Shown: piece by piece, positions 41,177 to 52,150 of the stretch
Numbering within the stretch: position 1 is the first letter of the stretch
Layout: the number at the start of each line of letters is the position of its first letter
The notes under the pieces: model-generated
The model's database searches: none
Told to the model about the DNA's origin: nothing
The model's input: the letters and a program-made list of their open reading frames with translations, nothing else
Position numbers and translations under genes: made by a program
DNA from: Deferribacterales bacterium
GTDB taxonomy: Bacteria; Chrysiogenota; Deferribacteres; Deferribacterales; Geovibrionaceae
Assembly: GCA_050251945.1 (NCBI GenBank)
Contig: JBFWLW010000014.1
Span: forward strand, 1 to 63,406
Length of the DNA stretch: 63,406 nt
Direction of reading: 5' to 3'

Positions 41177-42117
41177 TGATAGCCGTAACAGGCGGCGCGG
41201 GGTTCATAGGAAGCAACCTTGTTAAAGGACTGAACAACGCGGGCTATAAAGACATAATAATAAGCGACAACCTGAAAAAGAGCGAGAAACACCTGAATCT
41301 GAACAGACTGGATTTCACCGATTATGTCGATAAAGAGGATTTTATCGAGGTTTTCGACGAACTGGCTCCCGAAATAGACGTGCTTTTCCATCAGGGCGCG
41401 TGTTCCGACACAATGGAGACCGACGGTCACTATATGATGAAGAACAACTACGAATACACATGCGCGCTGTTCAATAAATGTATCGAACACAACGTCCGCT
41501 TTATATATGCGTCGTCCGCATCCGTTTACGGAAACGGAGACACCGGCTTTGCGGAAAAACGCGAGAACGAATATCCGCTTAACGTATACGCTTTCAGCAA
41601 ATTTATGTTCGACAACTATCTGAGGCGCTATCCCGACAACGTGCCGATTCAGGTTGCGGGACTCAGATATTTCAACGTTTACGGTCAGCAGGAGAACCAC
41701 AAGGGAAGAATGGCGTCTGTTATCAGGCACTTCTTTAACCAGTACAGAGACTCCAAAGAAATAAAGGTTTTTGAAGGCAGTGCCGATTTCCTTCGTGACT
41801 TCATCTATATTGACGACGTTGTTGCCGTTAACCTCTATCTGCTGAACAATCCCAAAGTGTCCGGTATTTTTAACTGCGGAACGGGCAACTGCCGCAGCTT
41901 TAAGGACATTGCGGATATCTTTTCAAAACGCTATCCGGATGCGAAGATAACTGAGATACCTTTCCCTGAAGCGCTGAAAGGGAAGTATCAGAAATACACT
42001 CAGGCTGACCTGACAAATCTGCGTTCAACCGGATGCGATGTTCAGTTCACAGGGCTTGAGCAGGGTGTTAACGCATATCTGGACATCCTTGAGAAAACAG
42101 ACGGCTATATTCTTTAA
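41173..42117 (+). CDS. hldD: ADP-L-glycero-D-manno-heptose 6-epimerase
   Basis: TGGAGFIGSN, HQGACSDT, YASSASVYG, HKGRMAS, KYQKYTQAD. Confidence 0.95.
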   Translation: MMIAVTGGAGFIGSNLVKGLNNAGYKDIIISDNLKKSEKHLNLNRLDFTDYVDKEDFIEVFDELAPEIDVLFHQGACSDTMETDGHYMMKNNYEYTCALFNKCIEHNVRFIYASSASVYGNGDTGFAEKRENEYPLNVYAFSKFMFDNYLRRYPDNVPIQVAGLRYFNVYGQQENHKGRMASVIRHFFNQYRDSKEIKVFEGSADFLRDFIYIDDVVAVNLYLLNNPKVSGIFNCGTGNCRSFKDIADIFSKRYPDAKITEIPFPEALKGKYQKYTQADLTNLRSTGCDVQFTGLEQGVNAYLDILEKTDGYIL

Positions 42118-43181
42118 TGTTTCATAAACGCACCGGCAGGCTTTCGAGATTCCTTGACAGAACTGCCGGTGTCTTTTTGCTCTTTATAATCTCAATCTTT
42201 TTAAGAAAACGCAGTAGACCTGACAACCCGCAGAGTTTTTGTTTTATAAAAACCGGCGGAGTGGGAGATATGGTGCTTTTGTCCGCCGTGATAGGGCAGA
42301 TACGGGCAAAATTCCCGTCGGGAAAGATGACGCTTGTCTGTTCGCCGGAGAACAGAGACATGGCGGAATATATGACCGATTGCCGGGTGATAGCGGTTTC
42401 TCATAAAAATCCTGTTCATTGGCTTGCTCTGCGCCGCGTTGAAAAGGCTGATGTGCTGATTGATTTCGGTGCATGGGCGAGATTTGATGCGTTCCTAAGT
42501 TTGTTTGTACCAGCCGCCTTTCGCATTGGTTTTAAAACGGAAGGGCAGTACAGGCATTTCTGTTATGACTGTGTTGTTGCACACGACAGAGAGAAACACG
42601 AGCTTGATAATTATTATGCACTGGCAGAAGGTTATTGCGAGCAGACGGGTGTTCTGCCGAAATGTGAAGAGGAACCGGATCACAGTATTAAAGACATGAT
42701 AATAATGCATATGTATTGTGCCGGAGCCAGATATATGTGTCGGATGTGGAGTTTTGAAAATTGGGAAAAGCTTGCAAATTTAATAAAAAATAACGGATTT
42801 TACCTTGGTTTTACTTCATATGATGCAGAATCAGATCATCTTAAAGCATTTTTACACGGGAAATGCATTACAGCTCAAGTTTTAGCGGATAGATCCCCCG
42901 ACAGGTTAGCCTCCAAATTTTGCTCCTGCCGGGGGGTCGTTTCCGTTAACTCCGGTATCTCCCATTTTGCATCTGCTTGCGGTGCAAAGGTTTTGGAACT
43001 GACAGGCTCTGTTAATCCCAAAAGATGGGGGACACTTGGCAATCAAATATACCATGTTATCCCGCCGGATGTAAAAAAAATGTTGTGTTACGGTTATGAA
43101 AAAAATGCCGAAGAACACAGCATGGACAGGGTTACTCCCGAAGAAGTGTTTGAGATGGTGAAAAAAGTATTTCCCTTATAG
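42117..43181 (+). CDS. GT9 glycosyltransferase (heptosyltransferase-like)
   Basis: GGVGDMVL, VNSGISHFASA, PKRW; follows hldED. Confidence 0.82.
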   Translation: MFHKRTGRLSRFLDRTAGVFLLFIISIFLRKRSRPDNPQSFCFIKTGGVGDMVLLSAVIGQIRAKFPSGKMTLVCSPENRDMAEYMTDCRVIAVSHKNPVHWLALRRVEKADVLIDFGAWARFDAFLSLFVPAAFRIGFKTEGQYRHFCYDCVVAHDREKHELDNYYALAEGYCEQTGVLPKCEEEPDHSIKDMIIMHMYCAGARYMCRMWSFENWEKLANLIKNNGFYLGFTSYDAESDHLKAFLHGKCITAQVLADRSPDRLASKFCSCRGVVSVNSGISHFASACGAKVLELTGSVNPKRWGTLGNQIYHVIPPDVKKMLCYGYEKNAEEHSMDRVTPEEVFEMVKKVFPL

Positions 43182-43225
43182 CCGCGATTCATTATATTGA
43201 AGTTTCAGGAAAAATAAGGAGCGTC

Positions 43226-44545
43226 TTGTTGCGTAAATACTTTATTCACACGATGGGCTGTCAGATGAACGAATACGATTCGCTGCGCATAGCCTCAATA
43301 CTCGAAAAAATGGGTTTCGCCCAGGCAGAAACAATGGAAGAGGGCGACTACCTTATCGTAAATACATGCAGTGTGAGGGAAAAGCCAAAGCATAAGGCGG
43401 ATTCATCCATCGGCAGGTTCAAACAGATCAAAAAGAAAAGACCGGATGTCAAAATAGGCTTCTGCGGGTGTGTGGCACAGCAGGACGGCGAGAAAATACT
43501 CAAAAACAGCAAATATATAGATTTCGTTGTGGGCACAGACGGACTGGACAGGATGGAAGAGGTCATCGCCTGTGTCGAAAACGGACAGAGAACCTGTGAC
43601 ACGCAGGTGAACGACGGAGAGCTTTCCATAGGCAGTTTCCGCCGCAGTGTCAACGTATCCTCTTTTGTGACCATTATGAAGGGCTGCGATAATTTCTGCA
43701 GTTACTGCATAGTTCCCTATGTCAGAGGGCGCGAGAAGAGCCGCACTGTTGAAGAGATTATGGACGAAGTTAAGTATCTTGCGGATAACGGAGCGCGTGA
43801 AATTACCCTTTTGGGACAAAATGTAAACTCCTATGGAAAAGGACTTGAAATATCAGTCTCTTTTCCCGAACTTATAAACAGGGTGAGCAGTGTTGAGGGC
43901 ATCAGGCGCGTCCGGTTCGTGACATCGCATCCCAAAGATTTTTCTGAAGAGCTGATAGACTTAATCAGAGGCAATGAGAAGGTGTGCGAATACCTCCACC
44001 TGCCTTTGCAGGCGGGAAGCGACAGGGTTCTGAAAGCCATGAACCGTAAATACACCTATGAGAAATATAAAGATATGGTCATGCGCGCAAAGGCAAAGAT
44101 GCCGGATATCGCGCTTTCTTCGGATTTCATAGTCGGCTTTCCCGGCGAAACGGAAGAGGACTTTGAATGTACCCTCAGGGCACTGCGCGAGATAGAGTAT
44201 GACTCCATTTTTGCTTTTGCATATTCCGTGCGACCGGGTACGGCGGCGGAAAAGCTTGTCGACGACGTTCCGGAACAGGTTAAGAAGATGCGCCTTGCAA
44301 AGGTGCTGGATCTGCAGAAAGAGATAATCGCCAGACGCTCAAAGGCGTATGAAAACACCGTTGTCGAGGTTATGGTCGAAGGCAGAGGCAAAAGAGATGA
44401 GAATCAATTCAGCGGTAGAAACCGTCAGAATAAAGTGGTAAACTTCTCAAGCGATAAGGAACTTAATATCGGCGATTTCGCCAGAGTATACATTACACAG
44501 GCAAGACCAAACAGCCTGTACGGAAAAGCTGTCGAGGGAGAATAA
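43226..44545 (+). CDS. miaB: tRNA i6A37 methylthiotransferase
   Basis: GCQMNEYDS, NTCSVRE, CDNFCSYC, TRAM domain. Confidence 0.95.
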   Translation: MLRKYFIHTMGCQMNEYDSLRIASILEKMGFAQAETMEEGDYLIVNTCSVREKPKHKADSSIGRFKQIKKKRPDVKIGFCGCVAQQDGEKILKNSKYIDFVVGTDGLDRMEEVIACVENGQRTCDTQVNDGELSIGSFRRSVNVSSFVTIMKGCDNFCSYCIVPYVRGREKSRTVEEIMDEVKYLADNGAREITLLGQNVNSYGKGLEISVSFPELINRVSSVEGIRRVRFVTSHPKDFSEELIDLIRGNEKVCEYLHLPLQAGSDRVLKAMNRKYTYEKYKDMVMRAKAKMPDIALSSDFIVGFPGETEEDFECTLRALREIEYDSIFAFAYSVRPGTAAEKLVDDVPEQVKKMRLAKVLDLQKEIIARRSKAYENTVVEVMVEGRGKRDENQFSGRNRQNKVVNFSSDKELNIGDFARVYITQARPNSLYGKAVEGE

Positions 44546-44548
44546 AAG

Positions 44549-44950
44549 ATGTACGAAGTGAAGGTCTATAAGGTTATCAGAGAACCGCTTACGTCCAGAT
44601 ATCTTCTTATTCTGGATTCAGTTGACATGACAGAGGAATCTGTTCTCATCCCAATAGGTAAATACGAAGCTGAAAACATTCACTCCAGAAAGTGTACCGG
44701 AGGCAAATGCAAGAAATCCGCTTACGATATGCTTTCGCCCATACTCGACGCCGTTGACAGCGTTACGTTCCACAAACTTGTAATAGATAACTGCGACTGC
44801 GGAATCTATAAAGCTAATCTGTTCATGGCATCCGGCGGAAAAGATATGAAGATTGACTGCCGCCCGTCCGACGGTGTTTTGCTTGCCATGGACAGAAACG
44901 TTCCGATATTTGTAAAGCATCCGTCAGAGTGCTGTGAAATAAACAACTGA
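44549..44950 (+). CDS. Bifunctional nuclease (DUF151) domain protein, divergent
   Basis: IPIGKYEA, IDCRPSD, VPIFV. Confidence 0.75.
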   Translation: MYEVKVYKVIREPLTSRYLLILDSVDMTEESVLIPIGKYEAENIHSRKCTGGKCKKSAYDMLSPILDAVDSVTFHKLVIDNCDCGIYKANLFMASGGKDMKIDCRPSDGVLLAMDRNVPIFVKHPSECCEINN

Positions 44951-44980
44951 AATTATTATCATTAATTTAGTGGGGGTCTA

Positions 44981-46000
44981 ATGAAGAAGGTTGCCGTTGA
45001 GGATGCCGTAGGGTACGTCCTCGCATACGATATTACCGAAGTCAATCTTGCCAAAGGGCTTAAACACAGAGCCTATAAGCGCGGGCACATTATTGCCGCG
45101 GAAGAGGTTGAACATCTTAAAAGTCTCGGCAGAAGATCAATTTTCATCGAAGACGGTAATTCAACCGGAGTTCACGAAGACGACGCGGCAAGGATCGCGG
45201 CGCCGCTCATCGCAGGAAAAAACATAAAATACGACGCGGAAACTTCAGAAGGAAAGGTCAGCTTTTATGCTGAAACAGACGGGCTTTTCAAAGTTGACGA
45301 AGAGCGCCTTTTTGAAATAAACAACATCGGCGTACCTTCGCTGCCCACCATACATAATAATATGAGTGTGGAAGCGGGGAAACAGGTTGCCGCATTCCGC
45401 ATAATCCCCCTTGTCTGCGACCAGAGCGTTATGGACAGAGTGAAGGATATACTCGATACGCCTCTCATTGAGGTTAAACCGTTTGTAATTAAGACCGCTG
45501 CCATGCTCATCACAGGAAGCGAAGTTTACGAAGGACGCATCAAGGACGGTTTCCGTCCGAAACTCGAACCGAAACTCAAAAGATGGGGCGTTGAGCTGGT
45601 GGATTACCGTGTTGTTCCAGACGAACCGGAAGTGGTCATCAGCGCCGTCAAAGAGATGGCGGAAAAAGCGGATATGCTTATCACAACGGGCGGTACGTCT
45701 GTCGACCCTGACGACATTACGGCTCAGGCGCTTCTTGACGCGGGCGTTACATACGAAATGAAAGGTTCCCAGATACAGCCGGGAAATAACATGACCATGG
45801 GCTATTACGGCGACAAGCCGGTATGCGCGATACCTGCTGCGGCTCTGCACTTCACAGCCACAAGCTTCGACATACTTCTGCCCAGAATACTTGCCGGCGA
45901 AAAGATCGGCAAAAAAGATATGGCGCTCCTCGCACACGGCGGGCTTTGCCATTTCTGCAGTAAATGCGTTTATCCCATCTGTCCTTTCGGGAGGGGCTGA
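44981..46000 (+). CDS. Molybdopterin-binding (MoeA-like) protein with a C-terminal Cys cluster
   Basis: VHEDDAA, ITGSEVYEG, TGGTSVDPDD, CHFCSKCVYPICPF. Confidence 0.85.
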   Translation: MKKVAVEDAVGYVLAYDITEVNLAKGLKHRAYKRGHIIAAEEVEHLKSLGRRSIFIEDGNSTGVHEDDAARIAAPLIAGKNIKYDAETSEGKVSFYAETDGLFKVDEERLFEINNIGVPSLPTIHNNMSVEAGKQVAAFRIIPLVCDQSVMDRVKDILDTPLIEVKPFVIKTAAMLITGSEVYEGRIKDGFRPKLEPKLKRWGVELVDYRVVPDEPEVVISAVKEMAEKADMLITTGGTSVDPDDITAQALLDAGVTYEMKGSQIQPGNNMTMGYYGDKPVCAIPAAALHFTATSFDILLPRILAGEKIGKKDMALLAHGGLCHFCSKCVYPICPFGRG

Positions 46001-46003
46001 CAA

Positions 46004-47182
46004 ATGAAAGTTTCAAGACATAAAGCAAAAGAGATACTCTATTCCATAGCATGCATGCCCGAAACGGAAGAGGTTGACGTGCGCGACAGCTATATGCGTG
46101 TTCTGGCGGAGGATATTCTTACTGAAAGGGATTACCCCGACTGCCGCAAATCTGCTGTGGACGGATATGCGCACATCCCCGGGCACTCAAGCTATGACCA
46201 GATAGGCGAAACGGGTGCAGGACGCAAAGGCGCGGAATCTATAAGCGGCGACGAAACTGTTTTTGTTATGACAGGCGGAAACGTGCCTGACAATGCGCTT
46301 GCTGTAGCCCGTGTGGAAGACTGCAAAATTGAGAACGGCAGGGTGGTTATCCCTGAATGTAAAAACGGCGAAAATATCAATAAAATTGCGGAAGAGAACT
46401 CAAAAGGCGACGTTGCCGCTTCAAAGGGCAGTGTTGTGACCGACGGGCTTTTCCCTGTGCTGTTCTATCTGGGCAGGGGCAGGGTTAAAGTTTACAAACG
46501 TCCGAAGATCGGCATTTTTGTCACAGGTGACGAGATACTTGAAGCGGGTGAAGAATACCGCAAAGGGTTTGTTTATAATACGAATAAATATATCCTCGAA
46601 TCCATGTTCAGAAAACACGGGTTCGATTTTGAATACGCTGGACATGTGAAAGACAGCAAAGAGGACGTTGCCGAAGCGTTTGAGATGATGTCCGAAAAAT
46701 ACGATATTATCATCTCGTCCGGCGGCATTTCCATGGGCAAATATGACTATGTGAAAGAGGTTTTCAATACCTGCGGGTACGAGATACTCTTTTCAAGAAC
46801 CGGCATAAAACCCGGAAGTCCCCTCATGACTGCCAAAAAAGACGGATGCACCTTCATCGGAATGCCCGGATACCCCGCGGCTTTCATGACAAATCTGGTG
46901 TTTTACATCATACCGTTTCTCAAAAAATGTTACGGATACGAAACTTTTGAAAATGAAGAAGTGAATGTTGTTACGGGCGGTAAAACCTCATGCAAAGAGG
47001 GCAGGTTCGACATAAACCGTGCAGTGGTGCGGGCTGAAAACGGCGTTCTGACGGCTTTTGATGCGGGTACGCAGAAGACGTCGCACTTTATAAGTTTTGC
47101 CCGTGTGAACGCACTTCTGCTTCTGGACGAAGAGACGGGAAGCCTTGATAAAGGGGATTCAGCGAGGGCAATTTTTCTGTGA
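46004..47182 (+). CDS. moeA: Molybdopterin molybdenumtransferase
   Basis: SAVDGYA, TGDEI, SGGISMGKYD, IKPG, GMPGYP. Confidence 0.9.
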   Translation: MKVSRHKAKEILYSIACMPETEEVDVRDSYMRVLAEDILTERDYPDCRKSAVDGYAHIPGHSSYDQIGETGAGRKGAESISGDETVFVMTGGNVPDNALAVARVEDCKIENGRVVIPECKNGENINKIAEENSKGDVAASKGSVVTDGLFPVLFYLGRGRVKVYKRPKIGIFVTGDEILEAGEEYRKGFVYNTNKYILESMFRKHGFDFEYAGHVKDSKEDVAEAFEMMSEKYDIIISSGGISMGKYDYVKEVFNTCGYEILFSRTGIKPGSPLMTAKKDGCTFIGMPGYPAAFMTNLVFYIIPFLKKCYGYETFENEEVNVVTGGKTSCKEGRFDINRAVVRAENGVLTAFDAGTQKTSHFISFARVNALLLLDEETGSLDKGDSARAIFL

Positions 47183-47301
47183 TTGTTAAATTTTAACCTT
47201 GTAATTTTTTTGCTGGGTTATTTTCGATAAATATTGTTCTTTGTTGAAATATAAGCTATACTCCTCATGTAATAAAACTTATTTAATGAGGAGAATAACA
47301 T

Positions 47302-48831
47302 ATGGGCAAGCAGCTTGTGCACAACTTTCTTGGCGAGGCTCCGAACTGGTATAAACTTACTGTTTTGGGCTTTTTAGTTGCCAATCCTTTTCTGCTTGCA
47401 ATATTCGGGTCTTTTTTCACTGGCTGGGTAATAATTGCAGAATTCATATTCACCCTTGCCATGGCTCTGAAATGTTATCCTCTGGCTCCCGCTGGTCTCA
47501 TAGCTCTTGAATGTGTTGTGATGGGACTTACTTCACCGGCAACGGTCTATCACGAAACACACGCAAATTTCCCCGTTATCATGCTTCTGATGTTCATGGT
47601 GGCGGGCATACACTTTATGAAGGACGGACTGCTGTTCGTATTCACAAAACTCCTCATAAACGTCAGGTCAAAGGTTTTTCTGTCGCTTTTGTTCTGTTTT
47701 GTCAGTGCTTTTCTTTCGGCATTTCTTGATGCTCTTACGGTTACTGCTGTGATAATAGCGGTTGCATACGGTTTTTATTCCGTATACCACGCGTATGCTT
47801 CAGACGATGAAGCGGAAGAGTATGCGGTCGACGACGACAGTCTGATTCTTGATGCACACAAGGCTGATATGGAACAGTTCAAAGGTTTTCTGCGTAATCT
47901 TATGATGCATGCGGCGGTGGGTACTGCTCTTGGCGGTGTTACAACAATGGTCGGCGAGCCGCAGAACCTTATTATCGCTGAAAAGATGAAATGGCACTTC
48001 GCAGACTTTATTGTTCATACATACAGAGTTACGTTTCCCGTTCTGATATCCGGTCTTGCAACATGCTGGGCACTTGAAAAGACAAAGATATTCGGCTACG
48101 GTTATCAGCTTCCTGAAAACGTATACGATGTTCTTAAGAAGAACGTTGAAAAACAGGCGGAAGAGATAGATGCCTCTGGCAAAATGAAGCTTATCGTTCA
48201 GGGAGTTGTGGGCGTTCTGCTTGTTCTTTCCCTTGCGCTTCACCTTGCGGAGGTCGGAGTTATCGGTCTGTTCCTCATAGTTCTTCTGGCGGCTTTCAAC
48301 GGCGTTATCAGCGAACACGAGATAGGTCACGCTTTCACTGAGTCTCTGCCGTTCACGGCTCTTCTGGTTGTGTTCTTTGCCGTGGTTGCAGTCATACACG
48401 ATCAGCATCTTTTCAAACCTGTTACGGACTACGTTCTTGCAATGTCAGGACACGCACAGCTCGGGGCATATTTCGTTGCCAACGGCGTTCTTTCTGCTGT
48501 TTCCGACAACGTATTCGTTGCGACTGTTTATATGAACGAAACCATAAGCGGTTTTAAAGACATAGTTCCTCTTCTCGGCACCCATGAGGGTCTCACACCG
48601 GAACAGGCGGGAAGAATCGAACACCTCTCAAAACTGGCAGCCTCCATCAACACCGGAACCAATATTCCTTCCGTTGCCACACCCAACGGTCAGGCGGCGT
48701 TCCTTTTCCTTCTGACATCTGCTCTCGCGCCTCTGATAAGGCTTTCATATGTTGAGATGGTAAAACTGGCTCTGCCCTACACCATAGTTATGAGCATAAC
48801 AGGCTTTGCCGCGACGATCTACCTTCTATAA
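47302..48831 (+). CDS. nhaB: Na+/H+ antiporter NhaB (copy 1)
   Basis: [43 protein letters not shown]. Confidence 0.93.
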   Translation: MGKQLVHNFLGEAPNWYKLTVLGFLVANPFLLAIFGSFFTGWVIIAEFIFTLAMALKCYPLAPAGLIALECVVMGLTSPATVYHETHANFPVIMLLMFMVAGIHFMKDGLLFVFTKLLINVRSKVFLSLLFCFVSAFLSAFLDALTVTAVIIAVAYGFYSVYHAYASDDEAEEYAVDDDSLILDAHKADMEQFKGFLRNLMMHAAVGTALGGVTTMVGEPQNLIIAEKMKWHFADFIVHTYRVTFPVLISGLATCWALEKTKIFGYGYQLPENVYDVLKKNVEKQAEEIDASGKMKLIVQGVVGVLLVLSLALHLAEVGVIGLFLIVLLAAFNGVISEHEIGHAFTESLPFTALLVVFFAVVAVIHDQHLFKPVTDYVLAMSGHAQLGAYFVANGVLSAVSDNVFVATVYMNETISGFKDIVPLLGTHEGLTPEQAGRIEHLSKLAASINTGTNIPSVATPNGQAAFLFLLTSALAPLIRLSYVEMVKLALPYTIVMSITGFAATIYLL

Positions 48832-48944
48832 TTATTTAAAAAGTAAGGCTTATTTTTGTAGAGGACATATTTTCTCCCTTGTTTTTAAACTTGTGATTCT
48901 GTAAAATCGCGTATTGTGTGCTATACGCATGAGGAGAATACACA

Positions 48945-50483
48945 ATGAACATGGGTAAGGTATTCACTGCCAATTTTTTAGGTGATGCGCCCAAGTGGTA
49001 TAAGCTCACCATTCTCTGTTTCTTAATTCTGAACCCGATCCTGCTTTTAACTGTCGGCTCATTTATTACCGGCTGGGTGCTGATCATTGAATTTATATTC
49101 ACCCTTGCCATGGCTCTTAACTGTTATCCGCTCCCGCCTGCAGGACTTCTTGCAGTGGAGGCAGTTGTTTTGGGCATGACATCCCCAGCGACCGTTTATG
49201 AGGAAGCACACGCTAACTTTCCGGTTATCATGCTTCTGATGTTCATGGTTGCCGCTATCTACTTTATGAAGGATATGCTGCTCTTCATCTTTTCCAGACT
49301 GCTTGTGAATATACGTTCAAAGATGATGCTGTCGCTTTTCTTCTGCTTCGCCGGAGCATTTCTTTCGGCATTTCTTGATGCGCTCACCGTTACAGCGGTG
49401 GTCATCTCTGTTGCATATGGATTTTACAAGGTTTATCACGAGTATGCGTCATCGCTTAACGATGTTGAATACAGTGTGGGCAACGACGGGAATATCCCTG
49501 CGGAACACCTTGACGACCTTGACCAGTTCAGAGGCTTTCTGCGCAATCTTATGATGCACGCCGCCGTCGGTACGGCTTTGGGCGGTGCATGTACGCTGGT
49601 TGGCGAACCGCAGAACCTTATTATCGGTGAAAAGATGAAATGGCACTTTGCCGATTTCTTCATCCATGCCGCGCCCGTTTCCATACCTGTTCTGCTGACG
49701 GGGCTTGCCACCTGTCTTCTGCTTGAAAAGATTAAGATAATGGGTTACGGTTTTCAGCTTCCGCAGAATGTTTATGAAGTTCTGAAACGCAACGTAGAGA
49801 AAGACGCCGAAAAGATGGACACATCCAGAAAGCTGAAACTCATCATTCAGGGGATTCTGGGCGTTGGACTTGTTCTTTCGCTGGCGTTTCATATTGCAGA
49901 GGTCGGCGTTATCGGTCTGACACTCATCGTCCTGCTTACAGCTCTTAACGGTATTGTGAGCGAACACGATATCGGTCACGCCTTTACTGAGGCGCTTCCC
50001 TTCACGGCTCTGCTGGTTGTTTTCTTCGCCATAGTGGCTGTCATACACGATCAGGAGCTTTTTAAGCCTGTTATAGGCTACGTTCTCAGTCTTCACGGAC
50101 ACGCTCAGCTAGGTGCATATTTCGTTGCTAACGGGGTGCTGTCTTCAATTTCTGATAACGTTTTCGTTGCGACTGTGTATATGAACGAGACCATGAGTCA
50201 TTTCAGTGATGTTGCTCCGCTTCTCGGACATCATTCAACTGATCTTTCGCCTGAAAATTTCCAGAGACTGGAACATCTTGCTAAACTTGCGGTGTCTATC
50301 AACATGGGGACCAACATCCCTTCTGTTGCCACACCTAACGGTCAGGCAGCGTTTCTGTTCCTTCTGACATCGGCTCTTGCGCCTGTCATAAAGCTTTCGT
50401 ATATGGAAATGGTGAAGCTGGCTCTGCCGTACACTGTAACAATGAGTATTGCAGGTTATCTGGCAACAATATACCTTTTGTAA
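48945..50483 (+). CDS. nhaB: Na+/H+ antiporter NhaB (copy 2)
   Basis: Same motifs as copy 1; tandem paralogue. Confidence 0.93.
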   Translation: MNMGKVFTANFLGDAPKWYKLTILCFLILNPILLLTVGSFITGWVLIIEFIFTLAMALNCYPLPPAGLLAVEAVVLGMTSPATVYEEAHANFPVIMLLMFMVAAIYFMKDMLLFIFSRLLVNIRSKMMLSLFFCFAGAFLSAFLDALTVTAVVISVAYGFYKVYHEYASSLNDVEYSVGNDGNIPAEHLDDLDQFRGFLRNLMMHAAVGTALGGACTLVGEPQNLIIGEKMKWHFADFFIHAAPVSIPVLLTGLATCLLLEKIKIMGYGFQLPQNVYEVLKRNVEKDAEKMDTSRKLKLIIQGILGVGLVLSLAFHIAEVGVIGLTLIVLLTALNGIVSEHDIGHAFTEALPFTALLVVFFAIVAVIHDQELFKPVIGYVLSLHGHAQLGAYFVANGVLSSISDNVFVATVYMNETMSHFSDVAPLLGHHSTDLSPENFQRLEHLAKLAVSINMGTNIPSVATPNGQAAFLFLLTSALAPVIKLSYMEMVKLALPYTVTMSIAGYLATIYLL

Positions 50484-50524
50484 GCAATTGTTAAATAAAA
50501 TAAACCTGCCCAGACGGGCAGGTT

Positions 50525-50663
50525 CAGTTTGTTGACAAACTAAGCTTAGTAAAAAACAATGAGACTGCTTCGTTGCTAAGCTCCTCGCAGAGACGTTTTT
50601 TCTTTCCGTCTTTGCGAGCGGAGCGAAGCAATCTCGTCTTTATAAGATTTTGTCATCAGTCTG
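50525..50663 (-). mobile_element. MITE copy D
   Basis: Ends CAGTTTGTTGACAAA / TTTGTCATCAGTCTG; duplicated hairpin at 50503-50524 and 50664-50685 (3 mismatches). Confidence 0.8.
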
Positions 50664-50765
50664 AACCCGCCTAAACGGGCAGGTTTATTTATTTTTATAT
50701 CATTTATGTATCATTTAGCTTTTTATATACACAAAATAATGCTAATATTAATTATTCGGTGATCA

Positions 50766-52070
50766 ATGCAAGAAGACAGATTTTCAAACATAACAATTCT
50801 TTATGTGGAAGATGAACCAGCTATCAGAGAAGGGCTTCAAAGGTTTTTTCAACGCCGCTCCGGCACTATCTATCTTGGGGCAAACGGGCAGGAAGGACTT
50901 GAGCTTTTTGAGAAGCACAAACCTGACATAGTGGTTACGGATATCCGTATGCCCGTTATGGACGGGCTGGCGATGTCCCGCAGGATAAAAGAGGTGTCTC
51001 CAGACACTCCCATAGTCATCACAACAGGTCATAACGATGAAGAGTTTCTGCTTAAGGCGATTGACGTCGGCGTTGACAAATACATCAAAAAACCTGTTGA
51101 TTTCAAGGAACTTATGAAGGTCATACTGCATCTTTCGTCTGCAGTTCACTATAAAAAACAGCTTGAAGAACAGAACAAGTTCTTTCGCGAGCTGATGGAT
51201 CTCAACCCCAATTTTCTGGCAACAATCGAAGGCTCGCAATGCACTTATATAAACGATTCTTTTCTGAGCTTTCTCAAGTGTACAGGGCTTGAGGATTTCA
51301 ATCTTCGTTACGGTTCTCTGGAAAAAGCTTTTGTCGATAAAGACGATTCGTTTTACGCAGGGAAAAAGATAACCGAATGGATTGACACCGCCGCACAGGA
51401 CAGGCAGACAAGCCGTATCGTTGTCATGAGACCGGACACCAGCGTTGATGATGACGAATCCACTTTTATCCTCACTGTCAGGCACGTTCCCGGCAAGAAC
51501 GAATATCTTCTGTCTTTTGCCGACGTTACCCATCTTGAAATGGAGAAACAGCTTTATATGATACTGTCTCTTCAGGATCCGCTTACAAAAGTATATAACC
51601 GAAAAAAATTCTTCGACGAGATAGAGAAAGAGGTGGAGAGAGTCAACCGTTACGGACAAAAACTCTCCCTGATAATGATGGATGCCGACTACTTCAAAAA
51701 TATTAACGATATCTTCGGTCACTCTGTGGGAGATAAAGTGCTGATACAGCTTACGGAGCTTATCCGTAAAGGTATACGCAAAACGGATATTCTTGCCCGT
51801 TACGGCGGCGAGGAGTTTGCCGTGCTTATGCCCGGAACGGATGCCGAGGGTGCTTTTGAAATAGCCGACAGACTGCGCAACTCCATAGCGTCGTATGAAT
51901 TTCCCATCTGCAAGGAAGTAACCTGCAGTTTCGGTGTCGCCGAGTTCGCAGAGACCGACACCATTGACAGTTTCGTACAGAAAGCGGACATTGCGCTTTA
52001 TGAGGCTAAGAGCAAAGGGCGCAACAATGCCCAGATGTTTGAAGGCGGCTCATTCAGATGCAGCATGTAA
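50766..52070 (+). CDS. Response-regulator diguanylate cyclase (REC-PAS-like-GGDEF)
   Basis: VEDE...TDIRMP REC domain; RKTD I-site and RYGGEEF. Confidence 0.92.
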   Translation: MQEDRFSNITILYVEDEPAIREGLQRFFQRRSGTIYLGANGQEGLELFEKHKPDIVVTDIRMPVMDGLAMSRRIKEVSPDTPIVITTGHNDEEFLLKAIDVGVDKYIKKPVDFKELMKVILHLSSAVHYKKQLEEQNKFFRELMDLNPNFLATIEGSQCTYINDSFLSFLKCTGLEDFNLRYGSLEKAFVDKDDSFYAGKKITEWIDTAAQDRQTSRIVVMRPDTSVDDDESTFILTVRHVPGKNEYLLSFADVTHLEMEKQLYMILSLQDPLTKVYNRKKFFDEIEKEVERVNRYGQKLSLIMMDADYFKNINDIFGHSVGDKVLIQLTELIRKGIRKTDILARYGGEEFAVLMPGTDAEGAFEIADRLRNSIASYEFPICKEVTCSFGVAEFAETDTIDSFVQKADIALYEAKSKGRNNAQMFEGGSFRCSM

Positions 52071-52150
52071 CCCTTTCAGTTTAATATTGATTAAAGCTTT
52101 GCTGTGTGTTAGTTTCTGGTGTGGTACAGTGTACCTGACTGGAGTTTATC

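Noticed and set aside
7639..50663. Repeats considered as a CRISPR array
   Set aside because: Dispersed kilobases apart, no repeat-spacer periodicity, no cas genes
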